Origin: Nitrospirota bacterium
GTDB lineage: Bacteria > Nitrospirota > Nitrospiria > 2-01-FULL-66-17
DNA: 64,000 nucleotides
Direction of reading: 5' to 3'
Assembly (NCBI GenBank): GCA_049325335.1
Contig: JBMOMC010000001.1
Location: forward strand, 160,001-224,000
In this document: positions 17,579 to 27,066 of the stretch, in pieces
How positions within the stretch are numbered: the first letter of the stretch is position 1
Layout: every line of letters begins with the position of its first letter
The notes under the pieces: generated by a model
Seen by the model: only the letters and a program-made list of their open reading frames with translations
Told to the model about the DNA's origin: nothing
Databases searched by the model: none
Position numbers and translations under genes: made by a program

Positions 17579-17606
17579 GTAGGGACGTATAGCCATACGC
17601 CCCTAC
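17579..17606. repeat. GTAG-type REP-like palindrome in the flgH-flgI spacer
   Basis: GTAGGGACGTAT-AGCC-ATACGCCCCTAC, an imperfect inverted repeat with GTAG at both ends. Confidence 0.55.
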
Positions 17607-17674
17607 GAAAACCGTGAGCACGCAAAGCCGAGCGGCAACGCCGCAGATGGCCCGTCATGAACAGGCTCCTACCC

Positions 17675-18379
17675 CTAGAACGGCCATATCCAATCCAAGA
17701 TTCGCACCAGCCATCCCGGACGTTGCGTATCGCTGACCACGCCGGCGCCGGTGTATTCGATGCGCGCGTCCGCGATCACGGTGGACAACACGCGGTTGCG
17801 CGGCCCGATGTCTTGCGGCCGAATCACGCCGCTCACCCAAATGCGTTCGCGTTCATCGTTGATCAACACTTCGCGCCAGCCTTCGATGGCCATATTCCCG
17901 TTCGGCAGCACCTGGGTCACCGTGGCGGTCACGTCCGCGGTGAGCGCGCCGCTTCGGCTGGTGGCGCCCGACCCGTCGAACGCGCCCGCAAAACTCGCGT
18001 CGGCCTGGAGCCGATTCGCCGTGCCAGCGGGGATTCCCAGAAACGAGTCGGTGCCCGCCGTCACCGTGGACGAGCGCTCGGCCGCGGTTTTCGCACCCTT
18101 GGAGCCCTGAGCGTTTTCCACGATCCGGACCGTCACCACGTCGCCCACGCGACCGGCCTTGGTGTCTTGAAACAAAAACAACGGCGCGCCCGCGCCGGGC
18201 CACAAGGACCCGTCGGTTGCGGGCGCCGCCGCCGTGGTCTGTTGCTGGGAAAACACCCGCGGCTGTGCCGTAGGCGCTGGCCTCGCGGACGGCGCGGCCG
18301 CGCACCCGCCGACCACCGCGGCCAGCGCGAGGCTCGCCGCGATCCGGGTGATGCGTTCGGCGTCCGTCCGCGGTGTCAT
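17675..18379 (-). CDS. flgH: Flagellar L-ring lipoprotein
   Basis: Lipobox-like VVGGC; GSLW; VGDVVTV.I.E; VLPNGNM; ADARIEY.G.G; GWL. Confidence 0.93.
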   Translation of the reverse strand: MTPRTDAERITRIAASLALAAVVGGCAAAPSARPAPTAQPRVFSQQQTTAAAPATDGSLWPGAGAPLFLFQDTKAGRVGDVVTVRIVENAQGSKGAKTAAERSSTVTAGTDSFLGIPAGTANRLQADASFAGAFDGSGATSRSGALTADVTATVTQVLPNGNMAIEGWREVLINDERERIWVSGVIRPQDIGPRNRVLSTVIADARIEYTGAGVVSDTQRPGWLVRILDWIWPF

Positions 18380-19101
18380 TCCCCAAACGCCTCCACCAAC
18401 ACGGTCCCGGGGTCCACCACGCGACCGTACACGACTTTGCGGGACTCCTCATTGGCGACCGGAATGTGCGCGCCCAGTCGCCCATCCTCCTTGGCCCGCC
18501 CGATCGCCAGGATCGTCAAATTCCCGCTCCGGACCCTGACCGTCACGCGGTCGCCCCGTTGGATCACCGGGGGGTCCTCCACCGCGTCCACGGTGATCGG
18601 ACGGTTCTTGCCGATTGACCGCGTCAACCGCTTGCCGATCAACGCGTCCGGCGAATCCGTCACCGCGTCAACGCCCGGTTGCACCAAGGCGGTGTGCACC
18701 TCCAGGTCCTCGGCGCCGATCACATGGAACCGATTCAGGCGCCGCGCCGCCATCACCACCCGTCCCACGCGCTCCACGTCCACGCTGAGCACTCGCGATG
18801 CCGCGCGACCATTGTCCGCGGCCGTGCGCACCACAAACGCGGTCCGTCCCAGCAAAGCGCCGGGTTTGGCTTCTTGCACGCCAATGACCTTCGCCCCGGA
18901 TGACGCCGCGTTCGCGGGGTCGGGACTCACGGTCCGGACGCGAATCTCCGACGCGTCCACGTCGAGTTGCTCCGCCACGTACGCGGCGATCGCGGACGTG
19001 GGGTCGGACGAGGCCCACGCGGCGGCAACACCCACGTTGAGGCTCGCGGCGCACACGGCCGCGGCGAGCCAACCCGGTTTCACGCGCGCGGGGCTCATCA
19101 T
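18376..19101 (-). CDS. flgA: P-ring formation chaperone FlgA
   Basis: Signal peptide, SAF domain, VIQRGDRV...GRAKEDG..G..I.V.N..S. Confidence 0.88.
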   Translation of the reverse strand: MMSPARVKPGWLAAAVCAASLNVGVAAAWASSDPTSAIAAYVAEQLDVDASEIRVRTVSPDPANAASSGAKVIGVQEAKPGALLGRTAFVVRTAADNGRAASRVLSVDVERVGRVVMAARRLNRFHVIGAEDLEVHTALVQPGVDAVTDSPDALIGKRLTRSIGKNRPITVDAVEDPPVIQRGDRVTVRVRSGNLTILAIGRAKEDGRLGAHIPVANEESRKVVYGRVVDPGTVLVEAFGE

Positions 19102-19883
19102 CGCTTCAGGTTGTTGACCATCCCCAACATCTCGTCGGTGGTCTGGATGGCCTTGGCGTTGACCTCGTACGCGCGTTGGGCAATGATCATGTTGACCATC
19201 TCCTCCGCGATGTTCACGTTCGATCCCTCGATCGCGCCCTGGAGCACGGTCCCCAGTCCGCTCTGACCCGGCGCGCCTGTCACCGCTTCTCCGGACGCCG
19301 GGGTCACCTCAAACAGATTTTTCCCCATGCTACTGAGCCCGGCCGGATTCGTGAACCGAGCCAATTCCAGCACGCCGACCTGCGTGGGCGCGGCGCCGCC
19401 CGACTGCACCACGGAGATCACCCCGCCGGTTGAAATGGTGATGGTCTTGGTATCCGCCGGGATCGTGATATTGGGCAGGATGGCGTACCCGTCCGCCGTG
19501 ACCAGCCGTCCGTCCGAATCAACCTTGAGCGAGCCGGCCCGCGTGTACCCGGTGGACCCGTCCGGCATCGTGACCTGAAACAGGCCGTCGCCTTCAATGG
19601 CCAGATCCAACGGGCTATCGGTCTGTTGCAGCTCGCCTTGCCCGAACCGGCGATGCACCGCCACCGGGCGAACCCCGGAGCCCACCTGGATGCCGACCGG
19701 CAAGGTCCCGCTCTCGGTCACGCTTCCCGGCGCCTTGAACGTTTGATAAAACAGGTCCTGGAACTCCCCGGTGCTTTTCTTAAATCCCACCGTGGACATG
19801 TTCGCCAGGTTGTTGGCGATCACTTCCACCTGCAACTGCTGCGCGGTCATGCCCGTACTGGCGATGGTGAGTGCTCGTAACAT
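19098..19883 (-). CDS. flgG: Distal rod protein FlgG
   Basis: ANNLAN.ST.GFK, FQDL.YQ, LDLAIEGDG, YTRAG, SNVNIAEEMV.MI.AQRAYE.N. Confidence 0.96.
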   Translation of the reverse strand: MLRALTIASTGMTAQQLQVEVIANNLANMSTVGFKKSTGEFQDLFYQTFKAPGSVTESGTLPVGIQVGSGVRPVAVHRRFGQGELQQTDSPLDLAIEGDGLFQVTMPDGSTGYTRAGSLKVDSDGRLVTADGYAILPNITIPADTKTITISTGGVISVVQSGGAAPTQVGVLELARFTNPAGLSSMGKNLFEVTPASGEAVTGAPGQSGLGTVLQGAIEGSNVNIAEEMVNMIIAQRAYEVNAKAIQTTDEMLGMVNNLKR

Positions 19884-19893
19884 GTGCTCTCCT

Positions 19894-20628
19894 TTACGCG
19901 GTGCGACCGACTTCGTTCACGGCCTTGCCCACCACTGCGTCGGTGGTCTGTATCGCCCGTTGCGCGGCCTCGTACAACCTCATGACTTCGATCATGGCGG
20001 TCATTTCCGCCACGGGATTGACGTTCGACGACTCCAACGCGCCCGGACGGATCCGGCCGACCACCTCGGTTTCGCTTTGGCCCCCGCCCTCGAACACATT
20101 GTCCCCCACCTTGCGCAGGCGCGTCGGATCACTCACTTCCACCACCCGCACCGTATCCACCTCGGCGCCGTCCACCGTCATGCGCCCGTCCGAGTCCACC
20201 GCGACGGTCCCGACCGGCAAGGTGATCGCGCCGCCGCTTCCCAACACGGGATACCCGCTCATGGTCACGACACGTCCTTCGGTGTCGAGCGTGAAGTGAC
20301 CGTCCCGCGTGTACCGCGGACCATTCGGCGTCTCCACCACGAAGAACCCCTCCCCGTCGATCGCCAGATCCAGCGGATCGCCGGTGGTGCGTATGGCGCC
20401 GGGCCCAAAATCCGTGGCGACCATCGCCAACGCGTTGAAGACCGGCGGCACCTCGGCGGATGGCGTCTCCGCGCCGACCAACCCGGCGCCGGCAGCTTGC
20501 ACCACGCCGAACACCGCGTGGTCGCGCTTAAACCCGGTCGTGTTCAGATTGGCCAGGTTGTTCGTGATGAGTTCCAGTCGCTTCTCCTGGGCCATGGCCC
20601 CGGACAGGACCGGATACGCGCCTTCCAT
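19894..20628 (-). CDS. flgF: Proximal rod protein FlgF
   Basis: NNLANLNTTGFK, TGDPLDLAIDGEGFF, YTRDG, LESSNVNPV; GAGGAGG RBS. Confidence 0.92.
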   Translation of the reverse strand: MEGAYPVLSGAMAQEKRLELITNNLANLNTTGFKRDHAVFGVVQAAGAGLVGAETPSAEVPPVFNALAMVATDFGPGAIRTTGDPLDLAIDGEGFFVVETPNGPRYTRDGHFTLDTEGRVVTMSGYPVLGSGGAITLPVGTVAVDSDGRMTVDGAEVDTVRVVEVSDPTRLRKVGDNVFEGGGQSETEVVGRIRPGALESSNVNPVAEMTAMIEVMRLYEAAQRAIQTTDAVVGKAVNEVGRTA

Positions 20629-20669
20629 CGAAGCCTCCTCGCAACGCCCGAGCAACCGGTCGGAGCTAG

Positions 20670-20685
20670 AGCAACTTCAATGCCA
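20670..20685 (-). promoter_or_regulatory. Putative sigma54 promoter of the flgF operon
   Basis: TGGCATTGAAGTTGCT = GG-N10-GC, about 40 bp upstream of flgF. Confidence 0.75.
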
Positions 20686-20784
20686 GGAATACACGCGCGG
20701 GAGGAGGTCCTGGATGCGCGTCGCGAACGGCGCGTGTGCACCGCTCGGCAGATTTTGCCGATCAGCCCGGTAGGCCCTGCCGGG

Positions 20785-21642
20785 CTACGGTTTTAAGATA
20801 TCCGCAAACGGGTCGTCGATCGGAAGTCCGGCGCCGGGAAGACGTTCCGTGGGGTTCGACGCGGCGCTTTGAGCCCCGCCCTCCGCGGCCGGTTGAGCGC
20901 TGGGATCACCCACGGCTTGCGCGTCGAGCGTGTCGCCTTCATCCGGCTGCACCCGCGGCGTCTGGAGCACCACGATATCCACCCGACGGTTCTTGGCCCG
21001 ACCCTCCGGCGTATCGTTCCATGCAATGGGTCGGAACTCGCCGTAGCCCCCGATCGCGATGCGCTGCGGGTCGATGGTCCGGTGCTCCACAAAGTACCGG
21101 ACGATCGTGGTGGCACGCGCCACCGCCAGCTCCCAGTTGGAGGGGAACTGCGGCGTGCGGATCGGCACGTTGTCGGTGTGCCCTTCGACGATAATCTGAT
21201 TCGGAATCTCCGCAAGCAACGCCGCCACGCGATCCAGCAACTCGCTGTTCTGGGGAAGGATGTCGGCTCGCCCCGGCTCGAACACCAACGTGTCGGAAAT
21301 CCGAATGACCAGGCCGCGGCTGTCCTTGGCCACGGTGATGTTACTTTTGCCGGCGTCGATCAGCCGCACCGTTTCCTGAATCTTAAAATACCGCTTCATG
21401 TCCACGTCGAACATCTCGGTGCCGATCCGGGATTCCATCAGCCGGATATTGGTCGCGGACAGCGTCACGAACGGGTTAAACGCGGAGTTCATGGCATCCG
21501 CGACCGCGCGCAACTTTCCCGCGTTCACCGACGAGGTGGAATACATCACCACGAAAAACGCGAACAGTAAGGTAATGAAGTCGGCGTACGAGATCAGCCA
21601 CCGTTCGTGATTTTCCGGTTCTTCGGGTTTCTGCTTCTTCAC
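20785..21642 (-). CDS. motB: Flagellar stator MotB (OmpA-like peptidoglycan-binding domain)
   Basis: ERWLISYADFITLLFAFFVVMY; EGHTDN, SNWEL, KNRRVDI. Confidence 0.95.
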   Translation of the reverse strand: MKKQKPEEPENHERWLISYADFITLLFAFFVVMYSTSSVNAGKLRAVADAMNSAFNPFVTLSATNIRLMESRIGTEMFDVDMKRYFKIQETVRLIDAGKSNITVAKDSRGLVIRISDTLVFEPGRADILPQNSELLDRVAALLAEIPNQIIVEGHTDNVPIRTPQFPSNWELAVARATTIVRYFVEHRTIDPQRIAIGGYGEFRPIAWNDTPEGRAKNRRVDIVVLQTPRVQPDEGDTLDAQAVGDPSAQPAAEGGAQSAASNPTERLPGAGLPIDDPFADILKP

Positions 21643-21649
21643 GGCGGCC

Positions 21650-22420
21650 TTAAATCTTCTTCAACCCTGCCCGTTGGTGGCGATCCAAGAACCCCGCGAG
21701 TTTTTCTTGAAGCAGGCGCGGGTTTTCCCCGGAGGCGATCGAGATCAAGCCCTCGATGACCAATTCATGGCTCACCGCCTCCATGCGCGTGCGCATTTTC
21801 AACTTATTGGCCACGGGCAGAAAGATTAGGTTGGCGGACAGCACGCCGTAGATCGTGGCGACGAATGCCACCGCGATCCCGGACCCCAACATGCTCGGGT
21901 CCGCGAGGTTTTCCATCACGTGAATGAGCCCCATCACCGCGCCGATGATCCCGAACGTAGGCGCGTACCCGCCAAAGGCCTCGTACATCTTGATCGACAT
22001 GTGGCGAAATTCTTCTGCATACGAGACCTCCAATTCCAGGATCTCCCGGATGGCTTTGGGCTCAGTGCCGTCCAGCAACAACTGCAAGCCCTTTTTCAGA
22101 AAGTGATCTTCGGCGTCCTTCATTTTGGCTTCCAACGCCAGGATGCCTTGCTTGCGGACCAGGTTCGCATAGTCCACCAAAGTTTCGATCAACTTGGGGC
22201 CGTTGTTGGGCGGGGCCTTGAGCACGTCGAGGCCCATCAGCAGGCCTTCAATGAACTTGGGTAATGGAAACTGCACCATCACCGCGCCGAACGTCCCCCC
22301 CAACACGATCAACGCGGCCGTGAGCTGCATGATCGAGCCCACGTGCCCGCCCTCCAGGGCTTGGCCGCCCAACAGCGCGGCCAGCCCGACCACCACGCCG
22401 ATGATGGTGAGAATATCCAT
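21650..22420 (-). CDS. motA: Flagellar stator MotA
   Basis: GILALE, FLKKGLQL..DG, GGYAPTFGIIGAVMGLI, AFVATIYG, GENP. Confidence 0.95.
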   Translation of the reverse strand: MDILTIIGVVVGLAALLGGQALEGGHVGSIMQLTAALIVLGGTFGAVMVQFPLPKFIEGLLMGLDVLKAPPNNGPKLIETLVDYANLVRKQGILALEAKMKDAEDHFLKKGLQLLLDGTEPKAIREILELEVSYAEEFRHMSIKMYEAFGGYAPTFGIIGAVMGLIHVMENLADPSMLGSGIAVAFVATIYGVLSANLIFLPVANKLKMRTRMEAVSHELVIEGLISIASGENPRLLQEKLAGFLDRHQRAGLKKI

Positions 22421-22423
22421 CCC

Positions 22424-22768
22424 TCAGCGGGCCGACGACCAGATGCGCAAAACTTTGTGGTCCGCCAACTCAGGCAAGACACGCGCGCGCAAGACCTGAC
22501 AATACGCGGGTTCGCGGAAACAATCCGTCTTGTTGGTGGACATTAGGTCGAGCAGCGCGGTGACTTCGGACCCGCCGGGTTTCTCCCCCTCCAGATCGTC
22601 GTACGCTTGAAACGACTGCAGATTCAGATCGCGCAGCCGACACATAAGGCGGTTGACCAACAGATCCTTCTGGTGCGAGGGCAGGAGAATTTCGCTTTCG
22701 CGGTAGACCAAGGCGCTGAACTGCTGGACCCCGTGAGCGGTAATCGCGAGGTCGATGGCGGTCTCCAT
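22424..22768 (-). pseudogene. cheR: Truncated CheR remnant (N-terminal ~114 aa)
   Basis: FSALVYRESEILL...KDLLVNRL..RLRDLNLQSFQAY...LLDLMSTNKTDCFREP...LRIWSSAR then stop; the SAM-binding core is missing. Confidence 0.75.
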
Positions 22769-22791
22769 GAGGGCGGCCCGTTGCTCATCAG

Positions 22792-23256
22792 TTACGACGC
22801 GGGGAACCACACAAACAGCATGACATACACCAGATAAGCGGTGACCATAGTTCCACTGAACGTCCCCACCAACAGCAGGCCGATCAGCCGGTGACGCGCC
22901 GCCCCGGCCGCCATGGCGCCGACGCTGCCGCGTTGCAGCCGACGCAGCCCGGTATACAAGTTGTACGAGCCCAACCCGATCGTGCTCACGGCCAACACGG
23001 TATGAGTCAGCAACAACGGCACGTACCATCGCCAATACTGTTCGGGGGTTCCGCCGAACGCATCGCGGCCGAACACCACTTGTTTGGACACGTACGCCAC
23101 TAACCACAGGCCCACCACCGAACACGAGGCGACCATAAGCCGCGAGTGACGGGACACGTCGTGGCGGCGCGCGGACCTCACGCCGGCCATGGCAATGACG
23201 TACGCGCCGGTGACGCTGAGCAATACGCCGTACCACAACAGGCTTTTTACGTCCAT
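22792..23256 (-). CDS. DUF420-like four-helix membrane protein
   Basis: Four hydrophobic segments; H..LM, FGG, LLTHTVLA, HRLIG...GT..TAYLVY pattern. Confidence 0.65.
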   Translation of the reverse strand: MDVKSLLWYGVLLSVTGAYVIAMAGVRSARRHDVSRHSRLMVASCSVVGLWLVAYVSKQVVFGRDAFGGTPEQYWRWYVPLLLTHTVLAVSTIGLGSYNLYTGLRRLQRGSVGAMAAGAARHRLIGLLLVGTFSGTMVTAYLVYVMLFVWFPAS

Positions 23257-23476
23257 GACGCCTCCTCAACCGACGCGTCGCGAACGCGCGCCGCCCCGAC
23301 CATCACGACAACCAAAACGCCTTTCTTAAAACTCGTCAAATCCATCCGGGCTGAGCACGTCGTCATGCACTACGGATTCCTCCCAAGGTCTCCCATACGC
23401 GTACGCCTCTAAGAAGACGCACCAACCCTTTTTCGGCGAGTATGACGAAAAACTTGACCGCACCCGCGCCCGAGGC

Positions 23477-23820
23477 TCAGAACACTTCCGTCGCTCCCAC
23501 CGCCATCTAGTGCTGGCGCACCGCGCGATGTTGCGCGTCGGCCTCGACCCGTCGCGCCGCGTCAAGTTGCGCGCGCAGCGAGGACGCATTGCCGGACGTG
23601 TCGCGCGCGACCTAAAGGACCGCCGTCGCGACCTGGAACACCATGTCCTCGAATCGTAATCCCGTGACTGCCTGGGCCACCCGGTCCCTGACCTCGCGCG
23701 CCGTCTGTTCCACCTCGTTTAAACGTCGTACACGCGCGCGTTCAGGGTGCCCATTTCCGCCATCATGGTGTCCACGCGTCGTTTGGCGTTGAACGCCGTG
23801 GCCATATCTTTGGAGGCGAT
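23477..23820 (-). pseudogene. Decayed C-terminal part of an MCP-like chemotaxis protein
   Basis: IASKDMATAFNAKRRVDTMMAEMGTLN / frameshift / LNEVEQTAREVRDRVAQAVTGLRFEDMVFQ...stop...HRAVRQH stop MAVGATEVF. This matches the 'ASKDM...AV..LQFED...V.Q..M..G..ELF' pattern of che-cluster MCP-like proteins. Confidence 0.6.
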
Positions 23821-23854
23821 CCGCCACCCCCGGAGACAATGAACTTGCTCGCTT

Positions 23855-23883
23855 TTATCGGCAATTCAAAGCAGGCTGCTTCT
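23855..23883 (-). promoter_or_regulatory. Possible sigma28 promoter (perfect -10, weak -35) upstream of the remnants and motAB
   Basis: GCCGATAA at 23862-23855; -35 region only AGAAG with a 16-nt spacer. Confidence 0.35.
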
Positions 23884-23987
23884 CTGTGGTTCTTCAGAAA
23901 GGTAGCCTGAGCTACCCCTCTTTTCCTTCCCATTCCGAGCGGCGTCGGCACAGCCGCTTGTCCCCGCTTCTTCCCGGTCCGCCATGG

Positions 23988-24662
23988 CTAGAATCCGAAC
24001 TCCTTGAGCATGTCGTCCACCACGTCCTGTTTGACAGTGGTTCTCGACGTGGCTTCCAGTTTGGCCAACAGCGCTTCCTGCCGACACGAGTCCGCGTCGC
24101 TCCCGCACTCTTTCATCCCGAAGATGATCAGCAGCTTGAGAATCCGAGACTGCACGCCCTGGAGACCCGACGCGATCTTCTTGAGGCGCTGGCCTGTTAA
24201 ATCCTGAAACTCCAGACTCGTGAACAGATCCATCAGGACTTTGCGGTTTTCCTGAACGAGGGATTCGAGCTTGACCGCGACGCGCTCGAGCGCGGCGCGG
24301 TCCTGGGGCAAACCGAACGCGGCGCGCAACGACGCCAATTCCTCGGCCATCACGTCGTGATTACCCATCACCTGTTCGGTGTATCCCAGGATGCGGTGCG
24401 TGGCCTCTTCGGTAAATTTAGTCAAATCCGTCAACTGGTCAGCGGCCTTCGGCAGTTCACTCGCCGTGAGGTGCATCGGGCACTCGATGGACTGCAATGC
24501 CTTCATCATCTTGTTCAGGTGCTGGGCCAATCCCCCAAGTTCACCGTAAATCCGGCCGTTGACCTTAGTGACGAATTCGTTTTCCGAGGTCATGGACGAG
24601 GCTTCGCGGACGAGTCGGAGTAGATCGTCGTCTTCAGGCTGCACTTCCGCCGGCAATCCCAT
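23988..24662 (-). CDS. cheZ: CheZ-family CheY-P phosphatase
   Basis: TEEATHRIL; LEFQDLTGQRLKK (DxxxQ); C-terminal QDVVDDMLKEFGF. Confidence 0.88.
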   Translation of the reverse strand: MGLPAEVQPEDDDLLRLVREASSMTSENEFVTKVNGRIYGELGGLAQHLNKMMKALQSIECPMHLTASELPKAADQLTDLTKFTEEATHRILGYTEQVMGNHDVMAEELASLRAAFGLPQDRAALERVAVKLESLVQENRKVLMDLFTSLEFQDLTGQRLKKIASGLQGVQSRILKLLIIFGMKECGSDADSCRQEALLAKLEATSRTTVKQDVVDDMLKEFGF

Positions 24663-24679
24663 TGCGTGCTCCTTCTCGG

Positions 24680-25069
24680 TTAGGCCGCTTTTTTGTCGAA
24701 AATCTTGTCCACCTTTTCCTTCAACGTCTCGGCGGTGAACGGTTTGACGATGTAGTTGCTGACCCCGGCCTGGAGCGCTTCCATGATGTTTTCCTTTTGC
24801 GCCTCGGCCGTCACCATCAACACCGGGATGGCTTTAAGCGCCGCGTCCTTCCGAATTTCCTTGAGCAGGTCCAGCCCCGTCATATTGGGCATGTTCCAGT
24901 CGCTCACCACGAAGTCGAACCCGCCTTGGCGCAGCTTGGCGAGCGCGCCGTTGCCGTCTTCGGCCTCCTCAAAGTTCTGAAACCCGATTTGTTTCAGGCT
25001 GTTTTTGACGATCCGCCGCATGGTGGACATATCGTCGACAATCAAGATTTTCATTTGCAGATCAGCCAT
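24680..25069 (-). CDS. cheY: Chemotaxis response regulator CheY (enteric-like)
   Basis: [41 protein letters not shown]. Confidence 0.95.
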   Translation of the reverse strand: MADLQMKILIVDDMSTMRRIVKNSLKQIGFQNFEEAEDGNGALAKLRQGGFDFVVSDWNMPNMTGLDLLKEIRKDAALKAIPVLMVTAEAQKENIMEALQAGVSNYIVKPFTAETLKEKVDKIFDKKAA

Positions 25070-25118
25070 CGTTGCGCCTCCCTCTTCGTGACGTCCCGTA
25101 CCGGTTCACCGCGCGCGC

Positions 25119-25949
25119 TCACGTCGGCGCGTCGCGGCGCTTGTAGATCACCCCTTGATCCAACTTCACCCGCACCCACTGATCCGTGATGCCGATCGGC
25201 GTCTCCGTGCCGCCCAAGAACAACACACCGCTCGGAGACACCGCGCGCGCCATGCGATCGAGAATGTTCTTCTTGGTCGCGGTGTCGAAATAGATCAAAA
25301 TATTGCGAAAGAAGATCACGTCGAACACCCCGAGGCTTGAAAAGTCCCCCAAAATATTCAACTGCCGGAACTGCATGCATTTTCTGAGTTCGGGTTTGGC
25401 GGCCCAATCCGTGCCCTGCTGCGTAAAATAGCGAACCAGGTGCGCCACGCCCAACCCGCGCTGGACCTCGTGTTGCGTGTACACGCCCGCGCGCGCGCGA
25501 TCGAGGACTTTCTCCGCGATGTCCGTGCCCACAATCTTGACGTCCCAGCCCGCGAGGTCGGCGACGTCCGACACGGTCAGCGCGATCGAGTAGGCTTCCT
25601 GGCCCGTGGAACACGCGCCGCTCCAGATCCGGATGCGTTTGGTTTTGGCGTTGGTTTTGGCCAGGCCCGGCAACACGGTGTTCTTCAACACCGCAAACGG
25701 CGTGAGATCCCGGAAAAACGACGTTTCGTTGGTGGTCATCGCCTCGATGACCTTCTTGCGCAACGCCGCGGCGTCGTTGAGTTGCAGCCGCCGGACCAAC
25801 TCGTCGATCGAGCCGCACCCCTCGGCCTTGGCGATCGGCTCCAACCGGGTCTCCACCAGATACGTCTTGGATTCGTCCAAGATCAGACCGCTCTCCTTTT
25901 TGAGGAACGCGAAGAGGAACTTGAGGGTGTCGGTGGGGACCATTCCCAT
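25119..25949 (-). CDS. cheR: Chemoreceptor methyltransferase CheR
   Basis: MTTNETSFFRD, RIWSGACSTGQEAYS, GTDI, FDVIFFRNILIYFD; start about 25943-25949. Confidence 0.95.
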   Translation of the reverse strand: MGMVPTDTLKFLFAFLKKESGLILDESKTYLVETRLEPIAKAEGCGSIDELVRRLQLNDAAALRKKVIEAMTTNETSFFRDLTPFAVLKNTVLPGLAKTNAKTKRIRIWSGACSTGQEAYSIALTVSDVADLAGWDVKIVGTDIAEKVLDRARAGVYTQHEVQRGLGVAHLVRYFTQQGTDWAAKPELRKCMQFRQLNILGDFSSLGVFDVIFFRNILIYFDTATKKNILDRMARAVSPSGVLFLGGTETPIGITDQWVRVKLDQGVIYKRRDAPT

Positions 25950-25983
25950 CACTCGCGGCCGCGTGTCGGCACATCCCCACCGC

Positions 25984-27066
25984 TCATCGGACCGCGCCGG
26001 CCGGGTGAGAGGACACCGCCGCGTCGATCGCCGCGGCCAATTCATCGACCGAGAGCACGGCGTCCACCAGCCCTTCGCGGACCGGGAACGACGGCATGCC
26101 CCACACCACGCTGGTGGCTTGGTCTTGGGCGTACACCCCGGCGCCCTTGGCCCGCATGGCCCGAAGTCCGATGAGCCCGTCTTGTCCCATGCCGGTCATA
26201 ATCACGCCCAACGCGTGCGCGCCATACACCTCCGCGACCGACCGAAACAACGGGTCCGCGGCGGGACGGCACGAATTTTCCGGCGCGGCCTGGTTGAGCG
26301 AAATCGCGACGCGCCCGTCGCGTCGCCCCACCACCATGTGATGATCGCCGGGCGCAAGATACGCCGTCCCGGGCTGCGGCGTCATCCCGGCCTCGGCTTC
26401 CACCACCTTGATCTTCGAACTCAGCGCGAGCCGCTCGGCCAGCAACTTGGTGAACACGGGGGGCATGTGCTGCACGATCAGAATCGGCGTCGGGAACGTC
26501 TCCGGCAACCGCGGGAGCACTTTCGCCAGCGCTTCGGGCCCGCCGGTTGACACGCCGATCGCCACCACCTGCGGGGTCCCGGCCTCGCGGGCAGACGGAC
26601 ATCTGGGCGCGCCGGCCGGCGCCGCAAATGGCGGCGGAGCGGCCGGCCAGAGGTCGGGACGAAATTGTTTGATCTTGGGAATGAGCTCTTTGGCGACCTG
26701 TTTGAGCGTATCGCCGTATCCCAATCCCGTGCTGGCGGGTTTGAGCGCGTAATCGCTCGCGCCCAACGCGAGGGCTTCGACGGTCTGCGACGCGCCGCGC
26801 TGCGTGAGCGTGCTGAACATGATGGTCCGCGCGGTCGCGTGTTGGGCGCGCAAACCGCGCAGCACGTCGAAGCCGTTCGCCTCCGGCATCTCGATGTCCA
26901 GAATCACCACGTCGGGTTTGAGGTGCGCTGCCCGCTCCAGTCCGATCTTGCCGTTCGCTGCGGTCCCCACCACGGTAATGTCGGGTTCGGACGCCAGCGC
27001 GTCGGACACGGCCCGACGTACCACCGCCGAATCATCCACCACCAAGACCCGAATGGGATCAGCCAC
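25984..27066 (-). CDS. cheB: Chemotaxis methylesterase CheB (REC + esterase)
   Basis: VVDDS, LDIEMP; catalytic GVSTGGP, VQHMP, MTGMGQDG. Confidence 0.96.
   Translation of the reverse strand: MADPIRVLVVDDSAVVRRAVSDALASEPDITVVGTAANGKIGLERAAHLKPDVVILDIEMPEANGFDVLRGLRAQHATARTIMFSTLTQRGASQTVEALALGASDYALKPASTGLGYGDTLKQVAKELIPKIKQFRPDLWPAAPPPFAAPAGAPRCPSAREAGTPQVVAIGVSTGGPEALAKVLPRLPETFPTPILIVQHMPPVFTKLLAERLALSSKIKVVEAEAGMTPQPGTAYLAPGDHHMVVGRRDGRVAISLNQAAPENSCRPAADPLFRSVAEVYGAHALGVIMTGMGQDGLIGLRAMRAKGAGVYAQDQATSVVWGMPSFPVREGLVDAVLSVDELAAAIDAAVSSHPAGAVR

Noticed and set aside
22424..23269. 281-aa ORF as a full-length gene
   Set aside because: Its first 167 aa overlap the DUF420-like gene out of frame and look like noise; only the CheR-like tail is meaningful.
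23257..23476. Possible additional gene remnant between the MCP-like fragment and DUF420
   Set aside because: Short hydrophobic stretch (KKGVLVVVMVGAA) with no recognisable family motif.
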